Below are positions 42,046 to 53,797 of a DNA stretch of 59,545 nt, in pieces (position 1 is the first letter of the stretch; the number at the start of each line of letters is the position of its first letter). This stretch comes from Actinomycetes bacterium. Its GTDB lineage: Bacteria > Actinomycetota > Acidimicrobiia > Acidimicrobiales > Ilumatobacteraceae. The stretch covers positions 1 through 59,545 of the forward strand of contig BJGB01000001.1 of the NCBI GenBank assembly GCA_014190215.1, given 5' to 3'. Below the pieces are notes generated by a model that saw nothing but the letters and a program-made list of their open reading frames with translations, searched no databases and had not been told where the DNA came from. Both the position numbers and the translations under genes were made by a program.

Positions 42046-43500
42046 TTAGGCCGGGAGAAGTTCTAAGAACTCGCGGCGAAGTTTTGGTCCGATAGAAACT
42101 TCTGCTGGACGATTTGCGCGGTCTTGCCAGATCGCCAGAACTCGATTCATGACCTCGGTATCTTTCATCATCGCGTCAGGTGCAGTGAGAAGATTGAAGT
42201 TGCGGATGAAGGCGCGAAAAACAACTGGGTCGTAACGCAATGCTGGCAACAGTCCTTCGCGCAATACCGAACGCATAAATGTTTTTGCATCGTCAGCTTC
42301 AACGTCTGGATCTTCACCATTCAACAGAGATGCTGAGACGCGTCGTGCTTCGGCATCTTGTTCAACAGTTGATCGATACCACGGGATGATTTCTCGTTGC
42401 AGCACTGCGTCATACTCAACTGCCAAGTCAAAGAGATTGTCGCTGTGTGCGGCGATGGCTTGAGTCATCAGATGTGCGCCCCAGTAACCAGTTGAGCATC
42501 CCCGTCCGTAGAGCGGGTTGGTGCAGATCACGGCATCTCCCACAGGCAACATCCCCAACACCAGTGGCATGCCGTCGACGACATAATGGCGTTGACGATT
42601 CAACAAGCCGGCCATGGTGTACACCTCATCAGATAACGCCGTGGCGCGACCATCGAGATACGGAGCAGTGGCCACAAGTTTGCGGGCCGCTTCGTCAAAG
42701 ACTGAAGGATCAGACAATTTCGAGCGCAACTCGTTATCGGCGGTGGGTGTCGCAAGTGTGATGGAAAAAGTGTTGTTATCTCCGACGAACACTCCGTATT
42801 TGATATAGCCGAGATCTCCACCGATCGGACCACTGCGTGGGGGATACACGGCATCTGGATTCAAGCGATAAAAACGCGAGGCGTAAACGATGCCCGTTTC
42901 TTCAACTTCTTCTAGAACGGGTCCCGCTCCGATGTCGTTCAGCCAATCGGGTAGAGACGAACGGCGACCACCGGCTACGACCACAAGATCGCCAGCGAGA
43001 GTGGTGCCGTTTTCCAAAGTGACGCCAGTGATTTGTTTGCGGCCTGAAACATCATCGATCATGTGGGTGAAACCATTGACCCCAACACCAGTCTTGAAGA
43101 TGACGCGACCTTCATCAAGCACGACGCGGCGCAGGACCCACTCAAAGGTTGTGCGTCGGCATGTGAGCATGCTCAATTCGGCATCCTCGGCTTCAGGCAC
43201 AAAGCCAACCATCGTTGAGGGGAGATCCTCACCAAACTTGATTTCGGTTGCTCCCGCCTCAAACAATTTCTCGAGAACATCGGGTTCGTTCTGTCGGAGC
43301 AGAGAAACCAGACGGGCTAAAAAGGCGTGGCTATGGCGAACCTGTGGTGCCCCACGCCTATCCCAATCGAAGGCATCGTCAGCATTCTCAGGCATCGGAG
43401 TGTCGTCTCGCTCCAAAACCGTGACTTGATGGCCTACTCGGCTCAATTTGAGGGCTGTGGATAAACCAGCAACCCCACCTCCGACGACGACAACATGCAT
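42046..43500 (-). CDS. FAD-dependent oxidoreductase
   Basis: MHVVVVGGGVAGLSTAL...VTVLERD dinucleotide-binding motif. The second GD motif (LPVGDAV) is typical of flavin monooxygenase/reductase folds. Confidence 0.75.
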   Translation of the reverse strand: MHVVVVGGGVAGLSTALKLSRVGHQVTVLERDDTPMPENADDAFDWDRRGAPQVRHSHAFLARLVSLLRQNEPDVLEKLFEAGATEIKFGEDLPSTMVGFVPEAEDAELSMLTCRRTTFEWVLRRVVLDEGRVIFKTGVGVNGFTHMIDDVSGRKQITGVTLENGTTLAGDLVVVAGGRRSSLPDWLNDIGAGPVLEEVEETGIVYASRFYRLNPDAVYPPRSGPIGGDLGYIKYGVFVGDNNTFSITLATPTADNELRSKLSDPSVFDEAARKLVATAPYLDGRATALSDEVYTMAGLLNRQRHYVVDGMPLVLGMLPVGDAVICTNPLYGRGCSTGYWGAHLMTQAIAAHSDNLFDLAVEYDAVLQREIIPWYRSTVEQDAEARRVSASLLNGEDPDVEADDAKTFMRSVLREGLLPALRYDPVVFRAFIRNFNLLTAPDAMMKDTEVMNRVLAIWQDRANRPAEVSIGPKLRREFLELLPA

Positions 43501-43602
43501 ACCGCAGGATAAACCGAGGAAGCGTTTGATACCTCACCAGCCACGGATTACCTGAGCGGAAGAGCAATTTAAGGGGTCAAAGTCGGGTGTTCGGTTGTCG
43601 CA

Positions 43603-43629
43603 TTAGCACTCACCCCCGTAGAGTGCTAG
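43603..43629 (+). promoter_or_regulatory. CIRCE operator (HrcA binding site) upstream of groEL
   Basis: TTAGCACTC-ACCCCCGTA-GAGTGCTAG versus the consensus TTAGCACTC-N9-GAGTGCTAA (one mismatch). It lies 74 nt upstream of the groEL ATG. Confidence 0.85.
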
Positions 43630-43645
43630 CACTTGTTCGGAGTGA

Positions 43646-45322
<1,677 letters not shown>

Positions 45323-45344
45323 TCCATCCCAAAAAGTAAATCAA

Positions 45345-46271
45345 ATGAATCAAGTAGTTGCTCAGAGCCCCAAGGAAACTTGGGGCTCTGTCGCGCTCGT
45401 GACATGTACCGAGGCACTTGGTTTTGATTATGACATGCAACTACTGCTCGAGGCTGTCACCGCTCAAGGTCTTTTGGTTCGCGAAGTGTCTTGGGATGAC
45501 GGGACGATTGATTGGTCGTCATTTGATCTTGTTGTGATTCGTAGTACCTGGGATTATCACCGTCGCTATGAGCAGTTCATGAAATGGGTGAGTGATGTTT
45601 CTTCAGTGACTACATTGCGTAACGCGCAAGAAGTGATTCGTTGGAATACAGACAAGCACTACTTGAGCGAGATTGAAAAATCTGGCTTGCCCGTCGTACC
45701 GACTGCTTTTGCCACCTCAACTACTGACAATTGGTTGGCTGAGTTGGCGAGGCTGATACTTCTTGGTGATGTCGTCGTCAAACCGACGATCAGTGCGGGG
45801 AGCAATGACACTGAACGACATTCTTCAATTGAATCTGCCTCAGTTCACATTTCTAGTTTGCTGAGCGCCGGGCGAGCCGTGATGTTGCAGCCTTACCTGA
45901 TTGGTATTGAGAGCGAAGATGAAACTGGTCTGGTTTTTCTTGATGGCGTCTATTCGCACGCATTTGCCAAGGGAGCGTTGCTGGCCGCAGAAAAAAATAT
46001 GTCCGGTGGCCTCTACGCCGAAGAGCGTATTGCCTCGCGTGAAGCCACAAGCGAGCAACTACTCATTGGGGAAAGAACAATCAACTGGTTGACTCAGCGC
46101 TTCGGAAAATTGTTGTATGCCCGTGTTGATCTTGTTCCAGGTTCTGCTGGGCCGACGATTATGGAAATTGAACTCACCGAACCGTCGCTGTATTTGGCGT
46201 TGCATCCAGCTGCAGCCGAACAATTAGCAAAGAACATATCCCGCGAGATGTCCACGGGCCATCGTTCGTAA
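45345..46271 (+). CDS. ATP-grasp domain-containing protein (RimK/glutathione synthetase-like)
   Basis: Pre-ATP-grasp pattern (FDLVVIRSTWDY, VIRWNTDKHYL, GLPVVPT) followed by VVKPTISAGS and a C-terminal ARVDLV...MEIELTEP. The substrate is unknown. Confidence 0.55.
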   Translation: MNQVVAQSPKETWGSVALVTCTEALGFDYDMQLLLEAVTAQGLLVREVSWDDGTIDWSSFDLVVIRSTWDYHRRYEQFMKWVSDVSSVTTLRNAQEVIRWNTDKHYLSEIEKSGLPVVPTAFATSTTDNWLAELARLILLGDVVVKPTISAGSNDTERHSSIESASVHISSLLSAGRAVMLQPYLIGIESEDETGLVFLDGVYSHAFAKGALLAAEKNMSGGLYAEERIASREATSEQLLIGERTINWLTQRFGKLLYARVDLVPGSAGPTIMEIELTEPSLYLALHPAAAEQLAKNISREMSTGHRS

Positions 46272-46309
46272 AGAAAAGTCCTCGAGGCATTGGAGATCGC
46301 CTGCCTTGC

Positions 46310-47146
46310 GTGCGCCGATCAGTTGCTACGAACCGTAGTCTTTGCCCTGTGGCTCGCAAACGCACTGACCAAATACTTGTCGTCAAGATTGGTAAAGATG
46401 CACAGCGTCGCGCTCCTGATGATTTAGTCGTTGAAGAGCCGATGTCCATTCAGTTAGATGGCCATTTAGTGGCGACCACGATGCGCACGCCTGGTCACGA
46501 TTATGAATTAGCCGTTGGATTTTGCCACGCCGACGGTCTGTTGGCGGGGGCACCAATACTCACCGTGCGTTACTGCGCTAACGGGTCGGCCGTTGAGAGC
46601 GAGTTCAACATCGTGACTGTGGAGACTGGTGGTTTGGCACCTGTCCCAACACCACGATTGGGAACGACATCATCAAGTTGTGGTCTATGTGGTTCACAAT
46701 CGCTCGATGAATTGACTGATCGCTTGTCTCCATTGACGGGCGACTCATTGGTTGTCTTTGAACCAGAATTGATTTTGCAAATTCCACAGCGTGTGCAATC
46801 TGCACAGCAATTATTTGCGTTGACTGGGGCCGTGCATGCCGCTGCGACTTTTGACAGTGAGGGAAATGTTCTTCTCGTTCGAGAGGATGTTGGGCGCCAT
46901 AACGCGGTGGACAAGGTGGTCGGCAAACTTTTGCTTGATGGCCAGATTCCCGCTCACTCGCTTGGGCTTTTTGTTTCCGGCCGAGCCAGTTTTGAGATGG
47001 TTCAGAAAGCATGGGCGGCTGGCTTTGGAACCTTGGTCTCGGTGAGTGCGCCGACCTCGCTCGCCGTGCAGACCGCTCGTCGTGCCGGCATCTCGTTATA
47101 TGGCTTTGTGCGAGATGGCTCAGCTGTCCGCTATAGCCCCGCCTGA
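46310..47146 (+). CDS. fdhD: formate dehydrogenase accessory sulfurtransferase FdhD
   Basis: VEEPMSIQLDG, MRTPGHDYELAVGF, SSCGLCG, EDVGRHNAVDKVVG, SGRASFEMVQKA. Confidence 0.9.
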   Translation: MRRSVATNRSLCPVARKRTDQILVVKIGKDAQRRAPDDLVVEEPMSIQLDGHLVATTMRTPGHDYELAVGFCHADGLLAGAPILTVRYCANGSAVESEFNIVTVETGGLAPVPTPRLGTTSSSCGLCGSQSLDELTDRLSPLTGDSLVVFEPELILQIPQRVQSAQQLFALTGAVHAAATFDSEGNVLLVREDVGRHNAVDKVVGKLLLDGQIPAHSLGLFVSGRASFEMVQKAWAAGFGTLVSVSAPTSLAVQTARRAGISLYGFVRDGSAVRYSPA

Positions 47147-47168
47147 CATCGCAGGTAGGGTTTTGTCT

Positions 47169-47882
47169 ATGAGTGATCACGCCCAAGCCCCCGTACCCGG
47201 CCCCGCCGAAGATGGCTCCATGAGCCCCAGTGTTGGATTGTGCGTGATCCACCTTTTCGTGAAGCCGACACCAATGTTTGACGCCGAGGATTTAATTGCC
47301 GCGGTGAAGCAAGCGCAGGCGGATGGTCTGCAGGTCATCTGTGTCTCAATGCTCGGCCATAAAGCCGATGCGGCGATCATGGCCTTGACTAAGGATTGGC
47401 GTTTACTGCGCAAGTTGCAAACGGCCGTCCAAAATGCGGGACTTGATGTCGTTGATAGTTATGTGTCGATGACTGAAGTGAGTGAATACGCCGCGGGTAT
47501 GCCGGAGGCGATGCTGGCTCCACGCCTCTACCCGCAACTTCCGCCCGAAGGAAAATTGGCTTGGTGTTTTTACCCAATGAGCAAGAGTCGCGTTCAGGAT
47601 GCGAACTGGTTTACTTTGCCCTTTGAGCGTCGCAAGGAATTGATGCACGAACATGGCACGAGTGGACGAAAGTTCGCAGGACGCATTGTCCAATTGATTA
47701 CGGGTTCGGCGGGTGTGGACGATTTTGAATGGGGCGTGACTTTATTTGCCAATCGGCCCGATGATCTCAAAGAAGTTGTCTACACAATGCGCTTTGATGA
47801 GGCATCGGCTGTTTATGCCGAATTCGGAACCTTCTATGTCGGGACCGTGACTGAGGTCGACGAATTAGCCAGCCTTTTATAG
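47169..47882 (+). CDS. hemQ: coproheme decarboxylase (HemQ/ChdC, chlorite dismutase family)
   Basis: CFYPMSKSR, NWFTLPFERRKELMHEHG, FEWGVTLFANRPDDLKEVVYTMRFDEASA. Start at the ATG at 47169 (the track extension overlaps fdhD). Confidence 0.85.
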   Translation: MSDHAQAPVPGPAEDGSMSPSVGLCVIHLFVKPTPMFDAEDLIAAVKQAQADGLQVICVSMLGHKADAAIMALTKDWRLLRKLQTAVQNAGLDVVDSYVSMTEVSEYAAGMPEAMLAPRLYPQLPPEGKLAWCFYPMSKSRVQDANWFTLPFERRKELMHEHGTSGRKFAGRIVQLITGSAGVDDFEWGVTLFANRPDDLKEVVYTMRFDEASAVYAEFGTFYVGTVTEVDELASLL

Positions 47883-47894
47883 ATCAGCGCTTCG

Positions 47895-49154
47895 TTACGG
47901 AGCACTCATGACGTCGAGCGGACCTTTGTAGGCGCTGAGACCATTGTTGCCAAAACTAAATGTGAGAAATGACGCCCGTGAAGGATCGCCATTTGGATCA
48001 AGATCAAGTTGCCCAGTTGATCCGTTGTAGTCAATGTTGAGTTTGGCTTTGAGGAGAGCGAGACATGTGGGGAAATCTCCGCACCCTGACCCTCCACGAC
48101 TCGTGACGATGACCTGGGACATGATCGCGATGGCGTTGTCGCTTCCTGCAGCAATTGATCCCAGAGTCAAGAGATTGACGCAATCAACAATTGCTGCTGA
48201 GAATGCGATGTGTTCTGCTGAAGTTTCTCCCGCACCCGCAAAGGCATTAGCCGCCACGCCAATGATGTTGCGGCGAATTGATGAATTGAGATTCTCGTTT
48301 GTCGAGAGATCGGCAGCGGAGAGAGGATCATTGACGACGATCTGATGTGTTGAATTGGCCATCACCAAGCTGTTGAGGAAGCGTGCTCCACTTTCGCTAT
48401 CACCTATCAAGGTGATGACTCCCTTGGATTGAGCAGAGAGTTCTTCAGCCAAAGATGAGTAGTCACTGTCAGCAGGAGCAAACGCCGATTCAAGGGTCAC
48501 TGAAATACCTTGAACGAGCAGTGCTCGGCGAAGTTCAACAACAAAGTCACGACCATATGAGTCATCGGGGTAGGCAATGCTTGTTTCATTGATTCCGGTC
48601 TGTGCGACTAACTGTGCCATGGCCTGAGTGAGAAGGCCTTCAGAGGGAGTCGTGCGGATAAATAGGCCTTCATCGGGAAATGAAGCCAGAGAAATAGCCG
48701 TAGCGCTAGGTGAGCAGGTGCCGATCTTGCTCTCCATCAGTCGCGGTAAAACGGAAAGCGTTGTTGGGGAAGAAAATGGTCCAATCAAGACATCGATACC
48801 GTCATTGGCGAGAAAGTTATCGATAGAAGTCAGCGCTGAGGCGGCATCTGCGCCTTCATCTCGCACGATTATTTCGACATCCTGTCCCATCACGCCCCCG
48901 TTGGCATTGACAAGATCAATCGCTGCTTGAGCAATGGCAATCAGCGGTTCACCAATCGTTGCTCCTGGGCCAGACTGCGGTATGAGTAAACCAATGCGCA
49001 GAATCCCATCTGAAGTTTGGGGAGCAACCGAGGTCGCTAGATCAGGAACACTGTCTGGGGCGGGAACAGATGATGATCCACTGCACGCAGCGACCAGAAG
49101 CATGATGCCAGTCAATGTCACGGCGGTCAGAGAACGTGGTGCCAATAAAGCCAT
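47895..49154 (-). CDS. ABC transporter substrate-binding lipoprotein (type I PBP, branched-chain amino acid/LivJ-like)
   Basis: Lipobox LLVAACSGS. ILRIGLLIPQSGPGATIGEP and VNANGGVMGQDVEIIVRDEG are typical of the Peripla_BP_6 family. Confidence 0.8.
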   Translation of the reverse strand: MALLAPRSLTAVTLTGIMLLVAACSGSSSVPAPDSVPDLATSVAPQTSDGILRIGLLIPQSGPGATIGEPLIAIAQAAIDLVNANGGVMGQDVEIIVRDEGADAASALTSIDNFLANDGIDVLIGPFSSPTTLSVLPRLMESKIGTCSPSATAISLASFPDEGLFIRTTPSEGLLTQAMAQLVAQTGINETSIAYPDDSYGRDFVVELRRALLVQGISVTLESAFAPADSDYSSLAEELSAQSKGVITLIGDSESGARFLNSLVMANSTHQIVVNDPLSAADLSTNENLNSSIRRNIIGVAANAFAGAGETSAEHIAFSAAIVDCVNLLTLGSIAAGSDNAIAIMSQVIVTSRGGSGCGDFPTCLALLKAKLNIDYNGSTGQLDLDPNGDPSRASFLTFSFGNNGLSAYKGPLDVMSAP

Positions 49155-49203
49155 ACTCAGAACTCTACGACTCGGTCAGGGTTGATAGAGGTTGCCTGGA
49201 CGT

Positions 49204-49893
49204 TCAGGGAGGCGGTGGTGAGGTGGGCAACTCGCTGGCATGTTGGACCTGTTCGGCCATCAGTTCTTGTTCGTAGCGTTCAAGTGTCCCAAGGGCGATA
49301 GCCGAAGCGAGTTCGATACGAAATTGCACTTCTGAAGCCGGCCCATCGCCGTAGCCGAGACCGGCTGGCTTACCGCTCGTTGTCATTGCAAAAATCGTGA
49401 TGCCTCCCGGTAAATGTGAGCAGCCCATCATTTTGTCAAAACGCCACTCATGGGCACGTTTACTGCCAGCGAACATGATGCGTGTATTCGTGATCAAAGC
49501 GTGGCCATCATCAGTTCGGTTGATCGATTCTGCGCCTTGAGTGATTTTTCCAGCGGAGCGTCCCGTATTCAAGCGCACTCGTCCGAAAATCGGAAATGAG
49601 ACACCCCCGTATCCACCGCTGTATTGCGTGGGGGCTTTGACATTTTCTAAATATGCAACGCCCTGCAGATAGGCGATCGGGAACTCCCCGCTTTTAAGCA
49701 TGAAACCGTAGTCATTGGTGTCCACAAACTGCTCGTGAATTCTGCCATGACGACAGTCGTCAACGACCTTCAGCATCACTTCTAGGGCATCCGAATTCTT
49801 CTGCCATTCGGCCAGTGCTGCGGCTGACTTGGTCGCAGCAGCCTGAGCAACCTTGAGTTGAGCTTTTTTCTTCCGTTCAGCAAAGAATCCCAT
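49204..49893 (-). CDS. hypothetical protein
   Basis: Coding-like ORF. Start chosen at the ATG at 49893 after GGTGAGA. N-terminal helix, beta-rich core, PPPP tail. No recognisable family. Confidence 0.5.
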   Translation of the reverse strand: MGFFAERKKKAQLKVAQAAATKSAAALAEWQKNSDALEVMLKVVDDCRHGRIHEQFVDTNDYGFMLKSGEFPIAYLQGVAYLENVKAPTQYSGGYGGVSFPIFGRVRLNTGRSAGKITQGAESINRTDDGHALITNTRIMFAGSKRAHEWRFDKMMGCSHLPGGITIFAMTTSGKPAGLGYGDGPASEVQFRIELASAIALGTLERYEQELMAEQVQHASELPTSPPPP

Positions 49894-49972
49894 ACATCTC
49901 ACCATAGACCCACGGTGTGACAACCTGTATCCGCTTGGTGGGAAGTGCTGAAAACCCTGCTTACATAAGGGT

Positions 49973-50413
49973 GTGGACGATTATTCAGCGCGGCTGTTGC
50001 AGGTCACAAAAGAAGTCGTGGATAATTGGACCCTGCGCCTTTTACAAGGCACGGTGATCGCTCGAGGTTCAGCACGGCCATTGACATCTGAGATGTGTGA
50101 TGAAGTGACGACCTCGGTACGACAGGACGTGACAGTGAGTTTGAGTGAGTTACTGAAAACGGATGTTCTTGCGCAGCGAGTCAATCCATTGACTATCTTT
50201 CGTTCTGCCACGCAACCAATAACCGATGCCCTGTTGGCGATCGGTGTGCCATCAGTTCAACGAGATGAATTTAACGTGCGCTCATTTCCACTTGACGTGT
50301 TTGCTCTATGCCCAGCGACTTGGGGCGATATAGATGAGCGATTGATTGAGCCTGGCCTTGAGTGGGGCGCCTTCAAGGCTGCCAGCGTGATCACGCATCA
50401 CAAAACTGTGTGA
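49973..50413 (+). CDS. hypothetical protein
   Basis: 146-aa ORF with a GTG start, transcribed divergently from the previous gene. No recognisable motifs. Confidence 0.45.
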   Translation: MDDYSARLLQVTKEVVDNWTLRLLQGTVIARGSARPLTSEMCDEVTTSVRQDVTVSLSELLKTDVLAQRVNPLTIFRSATQPITDALLAIGVPSVQRDEFNVRSFPLDVFALCPATWGDIDERLIEPGLEWGAFKAASVITHHKTV

Positions 50414-50476
50414 CCAGCGACTCAAACCTGTGCCCAATGTGTTACGGAGTGACAAGACATTTGGCCGAGGATCAGG

Positions 50477-51469
50477 TTGAGTGAGAGTGTGCGAAGTGAT
50501 CAGCGGCAGTCATGGAGAAAAGTAGCCACGGTGCTTTCCGTGGTTTTATTTCTGAGCGTCGTTGCATCATGTCAGATCACTAATCCAAAGTCGTTTGAAC
50601 GGCTGCAACTGTCGCAGATACCCACATCTCAGCCGTCATTTTCTTTGTCCTATGGAACAGATAGGCAGCAGAGTCTTGACGTCTATACGCCTTACGGTTG
50701 GAACAAAAATGACTCGCGTCCCGTGATTGTTCATGTCCACGGTGGCGGTTGGAATGGCGGTCAGCGGGCGGATGTTTCGGCGTCAATGAAAACTCAACTA
50801 CTACGGGGTTGGGTAGTCATTTCGGTGGATTACCGCTTGGCCCCGAGGGTGAGTTTTCCCGAACCGATTCGTGATATCGACCGAGCAATTCGTTTCGTGA
50901 GATCGCAGGCTGCAAACTTGGGCATTGATCCCAAGCAGTTGATCCTCAGCGGGCATTCTGCAGGTGGGCACTTGGCGATGATGCAAGCCATGGGTAATGC
51001 GCAAGCAGTTTTTGTTTCACCTAACCTTCCGCCAGAGTTAGCCGCACAATCCAGTCGTCCGAGCGGAGTTGTGGCTCTTGGCGCTCCTATGGATCTCAAC
51101 GCTTGGGCCATGGATGGCTGGGAAGCGATTCCCAATCTGCTCAATCTTTTTCTCAATTGCCCATCAAAGAAAACCACGACGATGAACTGTTCAAGCGAGC
51201 GTTTAGCGACCGGATCGGTGAATGATCTCATTGACCCAAGTGACCCACCCATGTATTTGGGTCATGGTGTTGACGACCCAATTGTCGGTGTCGAACAGGT
51301 CTTTATCATCTCCAACCTCGCCATTGACCAAGATATGGCGAGCAAAGTAAAGGTTGATGTTGTGGACTCGGGACCCAAAGATGCCCGCCAGCATTTCCCA
51401 GATATGGGGCTCAATCTGAATGCCCTGAACAGCTTTTTGGACTTAGCAATCACTGGACAGATGGGCTAA
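50477..51469 (+). CDS. alpha/beta hydrolase (esterase/lipase, HGGG type), secreted or lipid-anchored
   Basis: VHVHGGGWNGG oxyanion motif and the GHSAGGH nucleophile elbow. The N-terminal hydrophobic segment ends in VVASC. Confidence 0.8.
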   Translation: MSESVRSDQRQSWRKVATVLSVVLFLSVVASCQITNPKSFERLQLSQIPTSQPSFSLSYGTDRQQSLDVYTPYGWNKNDSRPVIVHVHGGGWNGGQRADVSASMKTQLLRGWVVISVDYRLAPRVSFPEPIRDIDRAIRFVRSQAANLGIDPKQLILSGHSAGGHLAMMQAMGNAQAVFVSPNLPPELAAQSSRPSGVVALGAPMDLNAWAMDGWEAIPNLLNLFLNCPSKKTTTMNCSSERLATGSVNDLIDPSDPPMYLGHGVDDPIVGVEQVFIISNLAIDQDMASKVKVDVVDSGPKDARQHFPDMGLNLNALNSFLDLAITGQMG

Positions 51470-51497
51470 CTGCTCCTGCGTCAGACAGAATGTAGGT

Positions 51498-53780
51498 ATG
51501 CAGCGCCGTCAGCAAATACTCGCCGACTCGAATTTGCGTGGAGTTCGACTGACTCGGTCTCTCTGTCAAGCCACCGATGAGTGGTTGCAATCGGTTTGGC
51601 AGTCGGCCAACGAAGCGGTGACAATTTCCAAGCGAGCGGCCTTAGTCGCCGTTGGTGGTTACGGCCGGGGGGAACTGGCCCCGTTTAGCGATCTTGATGT
51701 GATGTTGATTCACGACGGCGCGAAAAATATTGATGACTTGGCAGCCATGATTTGGTATCCGATCTGGGACTCAGGAATCAAATTGGGACACTCCGTGTGC
51801 ACGGTCAAGCAAGCAGTCGAATTAGCCAAGTCTGAACTTGATGCGGCGACTGCGCTACTGAGTGTTCGTTGTCTAGCTGGCGACTCAACCCTTGCTGATG
51901 AACTTAGCGCTGAGGGTATCAAAGCATGGAAAGCAAGTTCATCGGTGCGACTTCCAGAGTTAATGCGGCGCGTGCGCGAACGGCAACTCGAACATGGCGA
52001 GGTCGCTTTCTTGTTAGAGCCAAATCTTAAAGAAGGGTACGGAGGGTTACGCGATATCCACGCCCTCACATGGGCGCAAGCAGCGGGCGTCTCAATCACA
52101 CCTGCAGATCGTGACACGCTTGACGCGGGTCGTGATGTCTTGATGGCCGTACGCGTGGCATTGCATCGTCAGATGGGACGCGCAGTGGAAGTGATGCATC
52201 TCGAAGACCAAGACGCGGTGGCACCATTATGCGGATATCGCAATGCGGATGATCTCGTGGCAGCATTATCAAACGCAGCTCGTGCTGTTGCATGGGTGGG
52301 TGATGAAGTATGGGCCCGCATAGCTTCTGCTAAAGCAAAGTCAATCCCCGATCAACACCTTGCGCCAGGTGTCATTTTGCATGATGGAGAGATTCACCTC
52401 GATGAAACCGTGGACCCCTCAAGCGATCCGACACTTCTATTACGTGTAGCTGCTGCAGCAGCGAGACACAAAACGCGCATTGATCGACCGACTTTGGATC
52501 GTCTTGCAGAGTTTTCGGCGCCTATGCCATCTCCATGGCCCGTTGGGGCGATTGATGACTTTGTTGGGCTTTTATTGACTGGTCACGATGCGATTCCAGT
52601 TTTGGAAGCCCTTGATCAACGTGGGCTGTGGGTCAAAGTACTTCCCGAGTGGGCACCTAACCGGAGTAAACCGCAACGCAACGCATATCACCGCTTCACT
52701 GTTGATCGCCATTTGTGGGAGGCCACTGCCAATGCTGCTAGTTGGGCTGATCGTGTGGCGCGGCCCGACTTGTTAGTACTCGGCGCTCTCTTTCACGACA
52801 TCGGCAAGGGATACCCTGGCGATCACACTGAAGTTGGTGTCGTGATGGTTGAGCGAATGGGTCCGCGTCTTGGGTTGAACAGTGATGACACGGAGATTTT
52901 GTGTTCAATGGTAAAAAATCATTTGTTGTTACCTGATGTCGCAACACGTCGTGATCTTGCTGACAGCGCCACGATCATGATGGTCGCCGAGGAAGTGAAA
53001 ACTTCATTGGTGCTTGACTTGCTTCATGGTTTGACCGAAGCCGACAGTCTGGCGACAGGAACTTCGGCGTGGGGATCTTGGAAAGCTGAACTAGTCAATG
53101 ATTTAGTGCGACGCGTACACCTGGTACTTGGTGGTGCTGGTGTTGAAGATGCGCAATGGCGTTTATTCCCCGATGCAGAAGTTCTTGAAATGATGGCTGG
53201 TGGTGTTGTGACCTTCGGTGTCTCTGATGATTCGGTGACGGTTGTCAGTCCTGACCGTCCCGGAACATTTAGTCGAGTGGCTGGAGTTTTGGCACTTCAT
53301 GGTCTCAGCGTTTTGGGTGCACAGGCACATTCTGATGAACAAGGTATGGCTGCTTCGCAATTTCGAGTTGTTGTGCCGGCGCACGGCCCCATTGAGTGGG
53401 CGCCAGTGATCACAAATCTCACGCGAGCCTTGAATGGTGAATTGGCTCTTGAGTCGCGTCTTGCCGAACGTGCCAAAACATATCGGCGAAAACGTCGTTC
53501 TGCGGGAGAATTGGCTCCAGCACGGGTCACATTTTTTGATGAAGCTTCCTCTAATGCAACCGTCATTGAGGTACGTGCTCCCGACCAGCACGGTATTTTG
53601 CATCGTGTCACTAAAGCCATGGCCGATGTCGGTCTAGATATTCGACATGCCACCGTGCAGACTATTGGTGACGAAGTAGTTGATGCTTTTTATGTGCGGA
53701 CTGCTTCGGGCGCAAAACTCACTGATCAATTTCATCGTCAAGAAGTTGAACGAGCAATTCTTTTCACTTTGTCAGTTTGA
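51498..53780 (+). CDS. glnD: [protein-PII] uridylyltransferase/uridylyl-removing enzyme GlnD
   Basis: Nucleotidyltransferase motif (AVGGYGRGELAPFSDLDV), HD domain (HRFTVDRH...LFHDIGKG), two C-terminal ACT domains. Confidence 0.9.
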   Translation: MQRRQQILADSNLRGVRLTRSLCQATDEWLQSVWQSANEAVTISKRAALVAVGGYGRGELAPFSDLDVMLIHDGAKNIDDLAAMIWYPIWDSGIKLGHSVCTVKQAVELAKSELDAATALLSVRCLAGDSTLADELSAEGIKAWKASSSVRLPELMRRVRERQLEHGEVAFLLEPNLKEGYGGLRDIHALTWAQAAGVSITPADRDTLDAGRDVLMAVRVALHRQMGRAVEVMHLEDQDAVAPLCGYRNADDLVAALSNAARAVAWVGDEVWARIASAKAKSIPDQHLAPGVILHDGEIHLDETVDPSSDPTLLLRVAAAAARHKTRIDRPTLDRLAEFSAPMPSPWPVGAIDDFVGLLLTGHDAIPVLEALDQRGLWVKVLPEWAPNRSKPQRNAYHRFTVDRHLWEATANAASWADRVARPDLLVLGALFHDIGKGYPGDHTEVGVVMVERMGPRLGLNSDDTEILCSMVKNHLLLPDVATRRDLADSATIMMVAEEVKTSLVLDLLHGLTEADSLATGTSAWGSWKAELVNDLVRRVHLVLGGAGVEDAQWRLFPDAEVLEMMAGGVVTFGVSDDSVTVVSPDRPGTFSRVAGVLALHGLSVLGAQAHSDEQGMAASQFRVVVPAHGPIEWAPVITNLTRALNGELALESRLAERAKTYRRKRRSAGELAPARVTFFDEASSNATVIEVRAPDQHGILHRVTKAMADVGLDIRHATVQTIGDEVVDAFYVRTASGAKLTDQFHRQEVERAILFTLSV

Positions 53781-53797
53781 TGCGATAGTTTCTTGAC

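Noticed and set aside
49973-51469. ORFs 49973..50413 and 50477..51469 share a frame. The gap encodes a CxxC-like TCAQC after the TGA.
   Set aside because: A second in-frame TGA (50447-50449) interrupts the gap. There is no hairpin after either TGA. The downstream gene has its own signal-peptide-like N-terminus.
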